27,554 nucleotides of DNA from Candidatus Micrarchaeia archaeon. GTDB lineage: Archaea; Micrarchaeota; Micrarchaeia; Burarchaeales; JACRGF01. Within the stretch, counting starts at the first letter, position 1; each line of letters opens with the position of its first letter. The position numbers were made by a program, and so were the translations under genes. The notes beneath the pieces were generated by a model. That model was given only the letters and a program-made list of their open reading frames with translations. It had not been told where the DNA came from and made no database searches. Positions 1-7,475 of the stretch are shown here, one piece after another. Location: contig JAWCPB010000014.1 of NCBI GenBank assembly GCA_038870455.1, positions 1 through 27,554 of the forward strand, given 5' to 3'.

Positions 1-2
1 GG

Positions 3-557
3 GTCGACCAAAAGGCACCAGACTTCGAACTGAAAGCGTTTCACCTGACAAAGGAGAAGAACATCAAACTGTCGGGCTACAGAGGAAAGTGGGTTGTGCT
101 GATTTTCTATCCGGCGGACTTCACTTTCATCTGCCCCACCGAGCTCGAGGAGGCCGCGCATTACTATGACGAGTTCAAAAAGCTGGGGGCCGAGGTGTTG
201 AGCATCAGCACCGATACGGTCTTCGTGCACAAAGCCTGGCACGATACTTCCCCGGCCATAAAGAAAGTCAGGTTCCCAATGCTCGCAGACCCGGGTGGCA
301 GGGTGTGCAGGGAATACGGCACTTATATTGAGGAGGAAGGCATCTCGGTGCGCGCTACGTTCATTATCGATCCGGACGGCGTGATAAAGTCTTTTGAGAT
401 GCATTCCAACGCCATAGGCAGGAACACCGAAGAAATCCTGAGAAAGCTTCAGGCAGCGAGGTATGTCAGAGAGCACAAGGGAGAGGTATGTCCCGTTTCA
501 TGGAGGCCGGGCCAAAAAACTCTTAAACCTGGCCTGGAATTGGTGGGCAAGATATAG
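3..557 (+). CDS. ahpC: 2-Cys peroxiredoxin (AhpC), 5'-truncated by the window edge
   Basis: The frame is open from position 3 (VDQKAPDFELKAF...GKWVVLIFYPADFTFICPTE). It has the peroxidatic FTFxCPTE motif and the resolving GEVCP motif. Confidence 0.95.
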   Translation, partial: VDQKAPDFELKAFHLTKEKNIKLSGYRGKWVVLIFYPADFTFICPTELEEAAHYYDEFKKLGAEVLSISTDTVFVHKAWHDTSPAIKKVRFPMLADPGGRVCREYGTYIEEEGISVRATFIIDPDGVIKSFEMHSNAIGRNTEEILRKLQAARYVREHKGEVCPVSWRPGQKTLKPGLELVGKI

Positions 558-566
558 GGTGTGGCG

Positions 567-1142
567 ATGGCATACGAGGCAAAAAATTTTGAGCACCTGC
601 TTGGAACAAAGGGCTTCAGCGACGCCCTGCTAAAAAACCACTTCACTCTCTACCAGGGCTATGTGGCGAATGCCAACAAGCTGGCCGATGTGCTGGCCTC
701 GCTCGCGCCTGGCACGCCCGAGTATGCGGAGCTCAAGCGCAGGTTCGGCTGGGAGTTCAACGGCATGAGGCTGCACGAGCTGTACTTCGGGAACATGGCC
801 AAGGGGGGAAAGAAACTCGAGGCAGGCGCGAGGCTTGCCAAAAAAATTGTCGAAGACTTCGGTTCTCTCGAGAGCTGGGAGAAGGACTTCAAGGGCGTGG
901 GCGGCATGCGCGGCATCGGCTGGGCCATCCTGTATTACGACAGGGAGGCCGGCAGGCTCTTCAACACGTGGATAGGCGAGCACGACGTTGGGCATCTCGC
1001 GGGCTGCGCGCCCCTCCTCGTCATGGACGTTTTCGAGCACGCCTACATGCTCGACTATGGGCTGAGGCGAGCCGACTACATCGCCGCTTTCTTCGAGGCC
1101 ATTGACTGGAGCGCTGTCGAGAAAAGGTTCAGGGAGAGGTAG
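567..1142 (+). CDS. sod: Fe/Mn superoxide dismutase
   Basis: Metal-ligand motifs NHFTLYQGY, LHELYF and DVFEHAY. Directly downstream of the peroxiredoxin; ATG at 567, alternative GTG at 561. Confidence 0.93.
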   Translation: MAYEAKNFEHLLGTKGFSDALLKNHFTLYQGYVANANKLADVLASLAPGTPEYAELKRRFGWEFNGMRLHELYFGNMAKGGKKLEAGARLAKKIVEDFGSLESWEKDFKGVGGMRGIGWAILYYDREAGRLFNTWIGEHDVGHLAGCAPLLVMDVFEHAYMLDYGLRRADYIAAFFEAIDWSAVEKRFRER

Positions 1143-1148
1143 GGCAGG

Positions 1149-1574
1149 CTATGCCCTCTCCATGACATATCTCGGCTCGCTCTTCCTGTAGTAGCCTCTC
1201 TCCAGCCTCTTTATTCTGAAGCCGAATTTCTTGTAGAGGTGCACGGCGCCCGGAAAGCCCGGATAAACCGTGAGGAAAATCCTCTTCCCCCTCAGGGCGG
1301 GCAGCGCCTTGGCGAGCAGCGCGCTTCCAATCCCCCTGTGCCTATAGCGGGGGCGCACAAAAATCTTGTGGAGATGCCAGTCGCCGCGCTTTGTCGGAAA
1401 AAGCACTACCGCGCCGAGCAGCTTCCTCCCCCTTTCAGCAACCCACACTTCGGCGTGCGCTATCCACTCCCTCCAAGTGTGCTCGCCGTCGGCCAGCCGC
1501 ACGCCCTCGCACACAACATCGAGCGCGTGAATGCGCGGAAAATCCTTTTTCACCGCCTTTCTGACAGCGAACAT
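1149..1574 (-). CDS. GNAT family N-acetyltransferase (RimI-like)
   Basis: Acetyl-CoA motif A (FVRPRYRHRGIGSALL) and the AVHLYKKFGF...YY motif. Start placed at ATG 1574; 1595 is an alternative. Confidence 0.85.
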   Translation of the reverse strand: MFAVRKAVKKDFPRIHALDVVCEGVRLADGEHTWREWIAHAEVWVAERGRKLLGAVVLFPTKRGDWHLHKIFVRPRYRHRGIGSALLAKALPALRGKRIFLTVYPGFPGAVHLYKKFGFRIKRLERGYYRKSEPRYVMERA

Positions 1575-1578
1575 GTCG

Positions 1579-2169
1579 TCACTTCTTTCTCGCAAAAGAC
1601 AGGTAGCCCGTGTGCGTGATGCCCTTGTTCTCAGGCCTGAAGCCCGCTTCCCTCACGAGATACTCGCGCTCGATGCACTCGAGCGTAAAAGGCTCATCGA
1701 AAGCCCCACTTTCTCTCGCCGCCTTCACAAACGCGCTCACCTGCTCGGCGTGAGGAAGATATGCAACAACAAAGCCGCCTCGCTTCAGCGCACCGGCGGC
1801 GTGCGGCAGTGCCTTCTCTGGATTGGCCAGGTCGAGCGTGACGAGGTCGACCTCTCTTTCAGCGATGCCATCAAAAACACTGGCGTGCTTGAGCTCTATG
1901 TTTGCGAGCCCGCTTTTTTCAATGTTCTGCCTTGCCAGCCTAACGAACTCCTCCCTCCACTCATAGGTGACTACTCTGCTGCAGACATTGGCCAAGCTTA
2001 TGGCAAGAAAGCCGCTTCCCGTGCCGGCATCCACCGCAGTGCCCTCCCTTCCGACTCCCGTGTAGGCAAGGATGAGCCCAATGTCCTTCGGCAGCATTAC
2101 CTGCGGGCCCCTCCTCAGTCTATCGAGAAGCGGGTTCAGCCTCACGCGGATTTCGGGTGCTCTCGGCAT
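1579..2169 (-). CDS. trmI: tRNA (adenine-N1)-methyltransferase TrmI (m1A57/58), short form lacking the N-terminal domain
   Basis: RRGPQVMLPKD, SAM motif DAGTGSG, TLDL, and the C-terminal RP...HTGYLSFARK motif. Confidence 0.9.
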   Translation of the reverse strand: MPRAPEIRVRLNPLLDRLRRGPQVMLPKDIGLILAYTGVGREGTAVDAGTGSGFLAISLANVCSRVVTYEWREEFVRLARQNIEKSGLANIELKHASVFDGIAEREVDLVTLDLANPEKALPHAAGALKRGGFVVAYLPHAEQVSAFVKAARESGAFDEPFTLECIEREYLVREAGFRPENKGITHTGYLSFARKK

Positions 2170-2212
2170 GGCAATAGTTTAAAGCTTCAGCGTTAAAGCC
2201 TTTCGGGAGAGC

Positions 2213-3514
2213 ATGACCGGAGTCGTTGTTGTCGGTGCGCAGTGGGGCGATGAGGGAAAGGGCAAGATAGTCGACTACTACGCAGAGCGGGCGCACGTTG
2301 TCGTGCGGTTCAACGGCGGAAGCAACGCCGGCCATACCGTTGTTGTGGGCGGGCACGAGCACAAGTTCCACATCATGCCGAGCGGCGCGATCAGGGGAAA
2401 GCGCGTGGTCATCGGCAACGGGGTGGTGGTCGACCCAAAGCTCCTGCTCGAGGTCGAGATTGGCAAGCTGCGCGAGGAAGGCATCGAGCCCAATCTCCTC
2501 ATCAGCGAGCGCGCGCACGTCGTGCTTCCATTTCACAAGCAGCTCGATGGCATAGAGGAGAAGCTCAAGGGAAAGTGGCGCGCGGGAACGACGATGCGCG
2601 GCATAGGCCCTACCTACTCCGACAAGGCCGCGCGCCTCGGCATACGCATGGGCGAGCTGGTGGACAGGGAGGTGTTCAAGGAAAAGCTGGGCGCGCTTTA
2701 CGAGATAAAGAAGAGGGTGCTCGCTGCCTATGGCGAGAGCATGGCGGCGAGCGAGGAAGATATCTTTCAAGAATACGCGGCCATCGGGGAGAAACTGAAG
2801 AAATACGTCGGGGACGCGGGCGCCGAGGTGTGCGGCGCGCTCGCGCGAGGCCGGCGGGTGCTGTTCGAGGGAGCGCAGGGCACGATGCTCGACATCGACC
2901 ACGGCCTGTACCCTTTCGGCACTAGCAGCAACACGACCGCGGGCGGGGCGTGCACGGGCGCCGGCGTTCCCCCCACTGCAATCGATGAGGTTGTGGGCGT
3001 TGCGAAAGCATACCTGTCAAGAGTCGGCGAGGGACCCGTCCCCACCGAGCTGACTGACGAGACTGGCGAGTGGATTCGCAGAAAGGGCGTTGAGTTCGGC
3101 ACGACGACAGGCAGGCCGCGCAGGTGCGGCTGGCTCGATATCGTGACGCTCCGCTACGCCGCTCGCGTGAATGGCCTCACCGGCCTCGCCATCATGAAGC
3201 TCGACGTGCTCGGCGGCCTCGAGAAAATAAAAATATGCACGGCTTACGAGCTTGACGGAAAGAGGGTGGGCAGCGCTCCATCAAGCCCGCGGGAATTCGC
3301 AAAGTGCAGGCCCGTCTATGAAGAGCTGCCGGGCTGGAAGGACCTCCCGCACGAGGAGTGGAAGCGGCTCGCCAGAAAAGGATTCAACGCGCTGCCAGCA
3401 GAGTTGCGCGCTTATGTAAAGCGCGTGGCCCGCCTCGTCCGCGTGCCGCTCTATGCGATTTCTGTCGGCAGGGACCGCAGTGCCACAATAGAATTCAAAA
3501 ACCCTCTTGAGTAA
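2213..3514 (+). CDS. purA: Adenylosuccinate synthetase
   Basis: GAQWGDEGKGK, GGSNAGHT, GIGPTYSDK, FEGAQG and EFGTTTGRPRRCGWLD motifs. Confidence 0.98.
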   Translation: MTGVVVVGAQWGDEGKGKIVDYYAERAHVVVRFNGGSNAGHTVVVGGHEHKFHIMPSGAIRGKRVVIGNGVVVDPKLLLEVEIGKLREEGIEPNLLISERAHVVLPFHKQLDGIEEKLKGKWRAGTTMRGIGPTYSDKAARLGIRMGELVDREVFKEKLGALYEIKKRVLAAYGESMAASEEDIFQEYAAIGEKLKKYVGDAGAEVCGALARGRRVLFEGAQGTMLDIDHGLYPFGTSSNTTAGGACTGAGVPPTAIDEVVGVAKAYLSRVGEGPVPTELTDETGEWIRRKGVEFGTTTGRPRRCGWLDIVTLRYAARVNGLTGLAIMKLDVLGGLEKIKICTAYELDGKRVGSAPSSPREFAKCRPVYEELPGWKDLPHEEWKRLARKGFNALPAELRAYVKRVARLVRVPLYAISVGRDRSATIEFKNPLE

Positions 3515-3522
3515 AATATCAC

Positions 3523-3705
3523 GCCCCTGTAGCTCAGTGGTAGAACCTTTTGCCGCGCGGCAGAAGCGTTTGCGGAAAAGTGTTCCGCGAAAGAGCGTGT
3601 GCATGGTAGAACCCTTTTTGCCTTTGGCAAAAAGCGTTGACGGAAGAACCGTCAACGGAAAAGCCATAGAGCACAAGGCCGCGAGTTCAATCCTCGCCAG
3701 GGGCT
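3523..3705 (+). tRNA. tRNA-Thr(GGT) with two introns: D-loop (about 3543-3590) and canonical 37/38 (3609-3669)
   Basis: Acceptor GCCCCTG/CAGGGGC, D-stem GCTC/GAGC, anticodon stem TGTGC/GCACA with GGT at 3605-3607, T-arm GCGAG-TTCAATC-CTCGC, discriminator T. A cloverleaf forms only after both insertions are removed. Confidence 0.9.
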
Positions 3706-3807
3706 TTAAACGAAGAGTGTTCTCAGGAGCAGGACGACCAGCAGAAAGAAGATGGCCATGGCGGCGGTGAAGGCCAGCGCGCCCGCGTCAGCCCTCGTTA
3801 ACAGCAT
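3706..3807 (-). CDS. Putative 33-aa single-pass membrane microprotein (MLLTRADAGALAFTAAMAIFFLLVVLLLRTLFV)
   Basis: Translated by hand. It fills the gap between the tRNA and a divergent promoter exactly, has a hydrophobic helix of about 20 aa, and has a TATA-like TAATAAA about 26 nt upstream on the minus strand. Confidence 0.55.
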   Translation of the reverse strand: MLLTRADAGALAFTAAMAIFFLLVVLLLRTLFV

Positions 3808-3816
3808 GAGACAGGT

Positions 3817-3853
3817 TTTTCTCCGAAAGAGCTTTATTAGCTTTCCGAGAAAA
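3817..3853. promoter_or_regulatory. Divergent promoter region: TATA-like core flanked by a 13-bp inverted repeat
   Basis: TTTTCTCCGAAAG-N11-CTTTCCGAGAAAA (12/13 symmetric) surrounds TTTATTA at 3833-3839. Confidence 0.45.
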
Positions 3854-3860
3854 TTTTCCC

Positions 3861-4559
3861 GTGAAGCTCCTGGTCGTCAGCGACGTTCACGGCAATTACG
3901 AGGCGCTCGAGGCCGTCGCGTCCGCCGTTCAGTACGACGAGGTCCTCTGCCTCGGCGACCTCGTTGATTTCGGCCCCGATCCCAGGGAGTGCGTGGAATG
4001 GGCAAGGCAGAGCGCGCGCTACATCGTCCGCGGCAACCACGATCACGCGCTCGCCAACAACGTGGCGTGCGGCTGCCCCTCGAAGAGAATGGAGCGGCTG
4101 GCGGAGGCCACGCGCGGCTACTCACACAGCGTGCTCGACGCCGCGGAAATCGATTTTCTCAAGGGCCTTCCGCTCAAGCTCGCCGCAAGCATTGGCGGAA
4201 GGAGCTTCTATGCGGTGCACGGGGGGCCCAGGGATCCTCTCTATCAGCTCATCATGGCGCGCAGCGACAGAGCGCTGGGGGAAGAGCTCGCCGGGATAGA
4301 CGCGGAATTCATCCTACTCGGCCACACCCACCACCCTTTCGTGAATTCCACCGCCATCGACGGGAAGGTCGTAATCAATCCCGGCAGCGTGGGCCAGCCG
4401 CGCGACGGGGACAACAGGGCGAGCGCCGCTGTGCTCGACCTCGACAGCGGCGCGGCCAGAATACTGCGCGTCAAATATGATGTCGACATCGTGTGCAGGA
4501 AGATGGCGCACGCCGGCTTTCCGAGCGAGCTCGCCGGCATTCTGAAGACAGGAAGGTAG
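3861..4559 (+). CDS. Calcineurin-like metallophosphoesterase (YfcE/MJ0912-like)
   Basis: SDVHGN, LGDLVD, RGNHD, VHG, GHTH and NPGSVGQPRDG motifs. Confidence 0.92.
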   Translation: MKLLVVSDVHGNYEALEAVASAVQYDEVLCLGDLVDFGPDPRECVEWARQSARYIVRGNHDHALANNVACGCPSKRMERLAEATRGYSHSVLDAAEIDFLKGLPLKLAASIGGRSFYAVHGGPRDPLYQLIMARSDRALGEELAGIDAEFILLGHTHHPFVNSTAIDGKVVINPGSVGQPRDGDNRASAAVLDLDSGAARILRVKYDVDIVCRKMAHAGFPSELAGILKTGR

Positions 4560-4603
4560 GAATAAAAATCTAATTCGCGGAAGAGAACGAAAAAGGTGAG
4601 AAC

Positions 4604-4822
4604 ATGGCCGAGCTTACGCCGATAGAGCAGATCATCGTCAAGGCGCTCCAGGAGCTGGGGGCGACGGGCGAGGACAAGATGAAGACCGCGGACGACGTGC
4701 AGAAGAAGTGCAACCGCCCCAAGGGGCAGGTGGCCAACGCCCTCACGAGCCTCGTGCAGAAGGGCGTTGTGATCAGGAAGGCGAGGGAAAAGGCCGCGGG
4801 CTATTATCTCAAGCAGGCTTGA
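4604..4822 (+). CDS. Small basic winged-helix nucleic-acid-binding protein (72 aa)
   Basis: Three-helix plus wing pattern (EQIIVKALQELG...TADDV...PKGQVANALTSLVQKGVV...GYYL). SD-like AGGTGA upstream. Confidence 0.8.
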   Translation: MAELTPIEQIIVKALQELGATGEDKMKTADDVQKKCNRPKGQVANALTSLVQKGVVIRKAREKAAGYYLKQA

Positions 4823-4824
4823 CG

Positions 4825-5640
4825 ATGGAAGAAATCGCCTTTCAGGCCAGGGTGGGGAACTGGAGGGCGAACGCCCGCTTTGAAGCCGCCCAGGCCAAGA
4901 ACGAGGATATCGCGCTCTTCCTTTCAACCGTGTGCGCCGAGTGCATAGAAAAAGCGTTCGAGTTCCTGGAAATCAATGTGGCCGAAGTCGATGATTACGC
5001 CAGGAAAGCGCTCGGCGTCAAGAGAGGGCTTGAGGGGGTCGCGGCCGCCCTGAGGGAAATCAAGCCGTCCGAAGCCAGGGAAGTTTTTTCCCGGGCCGGC
5101 GGGAATGAAAAAGCCCCGGCGTGCGAGGCGCGTTTCCTCAAAAAGCTCTTTGAGGAAGCCGGCGCGGAGGCCAGCCTCACTCCCTCCCTAGTAAAATCTG
5201 TTTTCCCGTCCGCGCAGCTCTCCCCATCAAAGTGGGAGGATGACTTGGGCGAGGGCGTTTTCTTTTCGGCCAACTGCAGGGGATGGATCAGCATAAAGAA
5301 GACGAGCTTCGATGCCAGGACCAAGCCGGAGGAAAAGGCGGCGGCTTTCGCTGGCGTGGCCGAAAGCGCCCAGAGAAAGGGACTGGAGTTTCTCGGAGTG
5401 TTCGGCGAGGCGCAGGAAAAAGCCGACTCGCTTACTGCTGGAAAGAGAAAGGGCTTTGCGGCGCTCGCCCAAGTGCTCTCCGGAATCGACGAGTCCGATG
5501 CTGTCGTTAGGGCGGGCATAACGCACCTTGCGCTCTCCAACCTCGGCTACGCCACCTTCCCGACCGCAGAAATCCTTCAAAAAATCTACCCGGGCCTCAA
5601 GCTTCCCAAGCCGAGGGGAAGATTCGGCCGCGGCAAGTGA
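4825..5640 (+). CDS. DUF2666-like archaeal protein with an internal tandem duplication
   Basis: Two similar halves (IAFQARVGNW...EDIALFLS and VFFSANCRGW...EEKAAAFAG) and a basic tail YPGLKLPKPRGR. Real ATG at 4825; the upstream extension in the ORF track overlaps the previous gene. Confidence 0.7.
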   Translation: MEEIAFQARVGNWRANARFEAAQAKNEDIALFLSTVCAECIEKAFEFLEINVAEVDDYARKALGVKRGLEGVAAALREIKPSEAREVFSRAGGNEKAPACEARFLKKLFEEAGAEASLTPSLVKSVFPSAQLSPSKWEDDLGEGVFFSANCRGWISIKKTSFDARTKPEEKAAAFAGVAESAQRKGLEFLGVFGEAQEKADSLTAGKRKGFAALAQVLSGIDESDAVVRAGITHLALSNLGYATFPTAEILQKIYPGLKLPKPRGRFGRGK

Positions 5641-5687
5641 AAGTTTTTAAAAACCATCCTTTAACCTATTCGCCCCGGGGGAAGGGA

Positions 5688-5930
5688 ATGAGGGAACTCA
5701 ATCTTGTAAAAGAGATTCTCGAGAAGATACTCGACGAGGCGAGCGCGCAAAGAGTCAGAGCGATAAAGACGGCCGAAATAGCGATCGGTGAAACCTTCCC
5801 CATGCAGATCAAAGATCTCAAGTACTGGCTCACCGAGCTCGCGAGAGGAACGCCAGCTGAGAAAACAAAATTCAGGTTCAAGAAAGGCAGAATAAAAGGA
5901 AGCGCTTATATAATAACTGAAATATCCTAA
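5688..5930 (+). CDS. HypA/HybF-like protein, truncated or degenerate (80 aa)
   Basis: MRELNLVKEILE...IKTAEIAIGE...L...LARGTPAEKT follows the HypA N-terminal pattern but lacks His2 and both CxxC motifs. Confidence 0.6.
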   Translation: MRELNLVKEILEKILDEASAQRVRAIKTAEIAIGETFPMQIKDLKYWLTELARGTPAEKTKFRFKKGRIKGSAYIITEIS

Positions 5931-6022
5931 TACTAGCCTATAAGTACTTATAATCGCATTTTGCAGTAATTTTTCCACTGATTATATGCAAGCATTAATT
6001 GTCATTTTTACTAGCTTTAATA

Positions 6023-6499
6023 TTATCCTCGTATTTTCCTCGCGGGCACTCCCCCGTAGAAACCCTTTTTCGGGACATCCTTGTTCACGAGCGACAGCGC
6101 GCTCACCACAGCGCCTTCGCCCACCTCAACTCCTGGCAGCACCACAGAACACGCTCCGATGAGGGCGCCTTCGCCCACCCTCACTCGCCCGACCCTAAGC
6201 TCATCGATCAGAAACTCATGGGCGAGTATGGTCACATTGTAGCCGATGACAGCGTTGTTGCCTATCTCAATGAGTTCGGGAAAGAAGATGTCGAGTTGCA
6301 CCCCAAGCGCGAGCGCGGCGTTTTCGCCGACACGCACGCCAATCGCCCTGTAAAGGACATTCTTGAGGCTGAGGGAGGGCAGGTACTTGCAGAGCTGTAT
6401 GACGAGGAAGTTCAGCGCGACGACAAGCGGGTTTTTGACGCTCGGCCAGCTCCACAGGGAATTCCTTCCGCTAAAGGCAAAGCGCTTGAGCCGCCGCAT
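6023..6499 (-). CDS. Left-handed beta-helix (hexapeptide repeat) acyltransferase, YvoF-like
   Basis: IEIGNNAVIGYNVTILAHE, VRVGEGALIGACSVVLPGVEVGEGAVV and the terminal GGVPAR. Start placed at ATG 6499. Confidence 0.9.
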   Translation of the reverse strand: MRRLKRFAFSGRNSLWSWPSVKNPLVVALNFLVIQLCKYLPSLSLKNVLYRAIGVRVGENAALALGVQLDIFFPELIEIGNNAVIGYNVTILAHEFLIDELRVGRVRVGEGALIGACSVVLPGVEVGEGAVVSALSLVNKDVPKKGFYGGVPARKIRG

Positions 6500-6503
6500 G
6501 AGG

Positions 6504-6704
6504 TCACTTTTTCCTTGCCGGTTCATGCGCCGAGAGCTCGGCAAAAATGGCCACGAGCACGATGAATATGGCCAGCTGCGCGCCGAAAATGAGCTCGAGC
6601 ACGCTGAGCTCCGTCGGCGGCGTCGTGACGTACAAGCCTATGAGATACACGAGTATGACGAAAGTGAAAACGACCAGGTAGGTCAGCAGGTTTATCCTCG
6701 CCAT
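6504..6704 (-). CDS. Small two-TM membrane protein (66 aa)
   Basis: Two hydrophobic helices; packed in tandem between the nitroreductase and acyltransferase genes. Confidence 0.7.
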   Translation of the reverse strand: MARINLLTYLVVFTFVILVYLIGLYVTTPPTELSVLELIFGAQLAIFIVLVAIFAELSAHEPARKK

Positions 6705-6743
6705 CGCCTCACCGCCCCTAGTTCGCCTTCTCCATTTTTAAAC

Positions 6744-7466
6744 CTATGCAGGCCTGCCAACAATGTTGAGGTAGATGACCTCCTCTCCATCACTGAGGTT
6801 GAGCAGGCGCCCCCCCTCCCCCTCGTTGAATGCCCCGATGGGCGCAGCGCCGAGCCCCAGCGCGGCGGCCTGCAGCAGGAGGTTCTCGCTCGCGTGGCCT
6901 GCCTCGAGCCACACGTACTCCACGCCCCTCGCGCCGTATTTTGATGTCGTCCTCTCCTTGATCGCCGCAAACACTATCACGACTGCGGCGTTTCCCACCC
7001 AGGGCTGCCCGGCCGCCACGCTGGCGATTTTTTCCCTGTAGTCGCCCGCGGCCACCAGCTCGAGCGAGTTGTTCCTGTTGTTGTAATGGTAAGCGCCCGG
7101 GGCAATGCCCTCCACGCGCGATACGAGCACATACAGCTCGAGCGGGTAGAGGCCTCCGGCAGAAGGCGCTGTCCTTTTTCCGTCGCTTATTCCCTGCGCG
7201 GCGAACAAGAGCGCGGACAGCTCGCCAGGCGAAATGCTCTCGTTCGTGTAATCGCGGACAGACCTGCGGGCCAGCAGAGCGCTCTCAAAGGAAGCGTTCG
7301 AGGGAGCCGGCGGGGGAAGCGCGACGACCGGAGCTCCTGGGTAGTCCTTTGCCGGCAGGAAGGGCTTGGGCAGGAGAGCGGGCAGGAGGTACGCGGCCGC
7401 CAGTATTGCGAGAAAGGCGACCGCCGCGGGAACGAACCAGTCCGTTTTTTTAATCTCGCCGCGCAT
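6744..7466 (-). CDS. SagB/ThcOx-type nitroreductase family flavoprotein with an N-terminal membrane anchor
   Basis: RRSVRDY, RTAPSAGGLYPLELY, KYGARG..Y..LEAGH..ENLLL.A.ALGLG..IGAF motifs, plus an N-terminal hydrophobic helix. Confidence 0.92.
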   Translation of the reverse strand: MRGEIKKTDWFVPAAVAFLAILAAAYLLPALLPKPFLPAKDYPGAPVVALPPPAPSNASFESALLARRSVRDYTNESISPGELSALLFAAQGISDGKRTAPSAGGLYPLELYVLVSRVEGIAPGAYHYNNRNNSLELVAAGDYREKIASVAAGQPWVGNAAVVIVFAAIKERTTSKYGARGVEYVWLEAGHASENLLLQAAALGLGAAPIGAFNEGEGGRLLNLSDGEEVIYLNIVGRPA

Positions 7467-7475
7467 GAGCTGAGT

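Noticed and set aside
3543-3669. Repeated GGTAGAACC...GGCA..AAGCGTT units as a CRISPR array or integrase att site
   Set aside because: There are only two local copies, both inside a tRNA cloverleaf, with no spacers, cas genes or integrase.
3507-3770. ORF 3507-3770 and ORF 7491-7874 share the peptide RKSVPRKS
   Set aside because: The shared peptide is just a translation of the shared tRNA intron, not a protein family.
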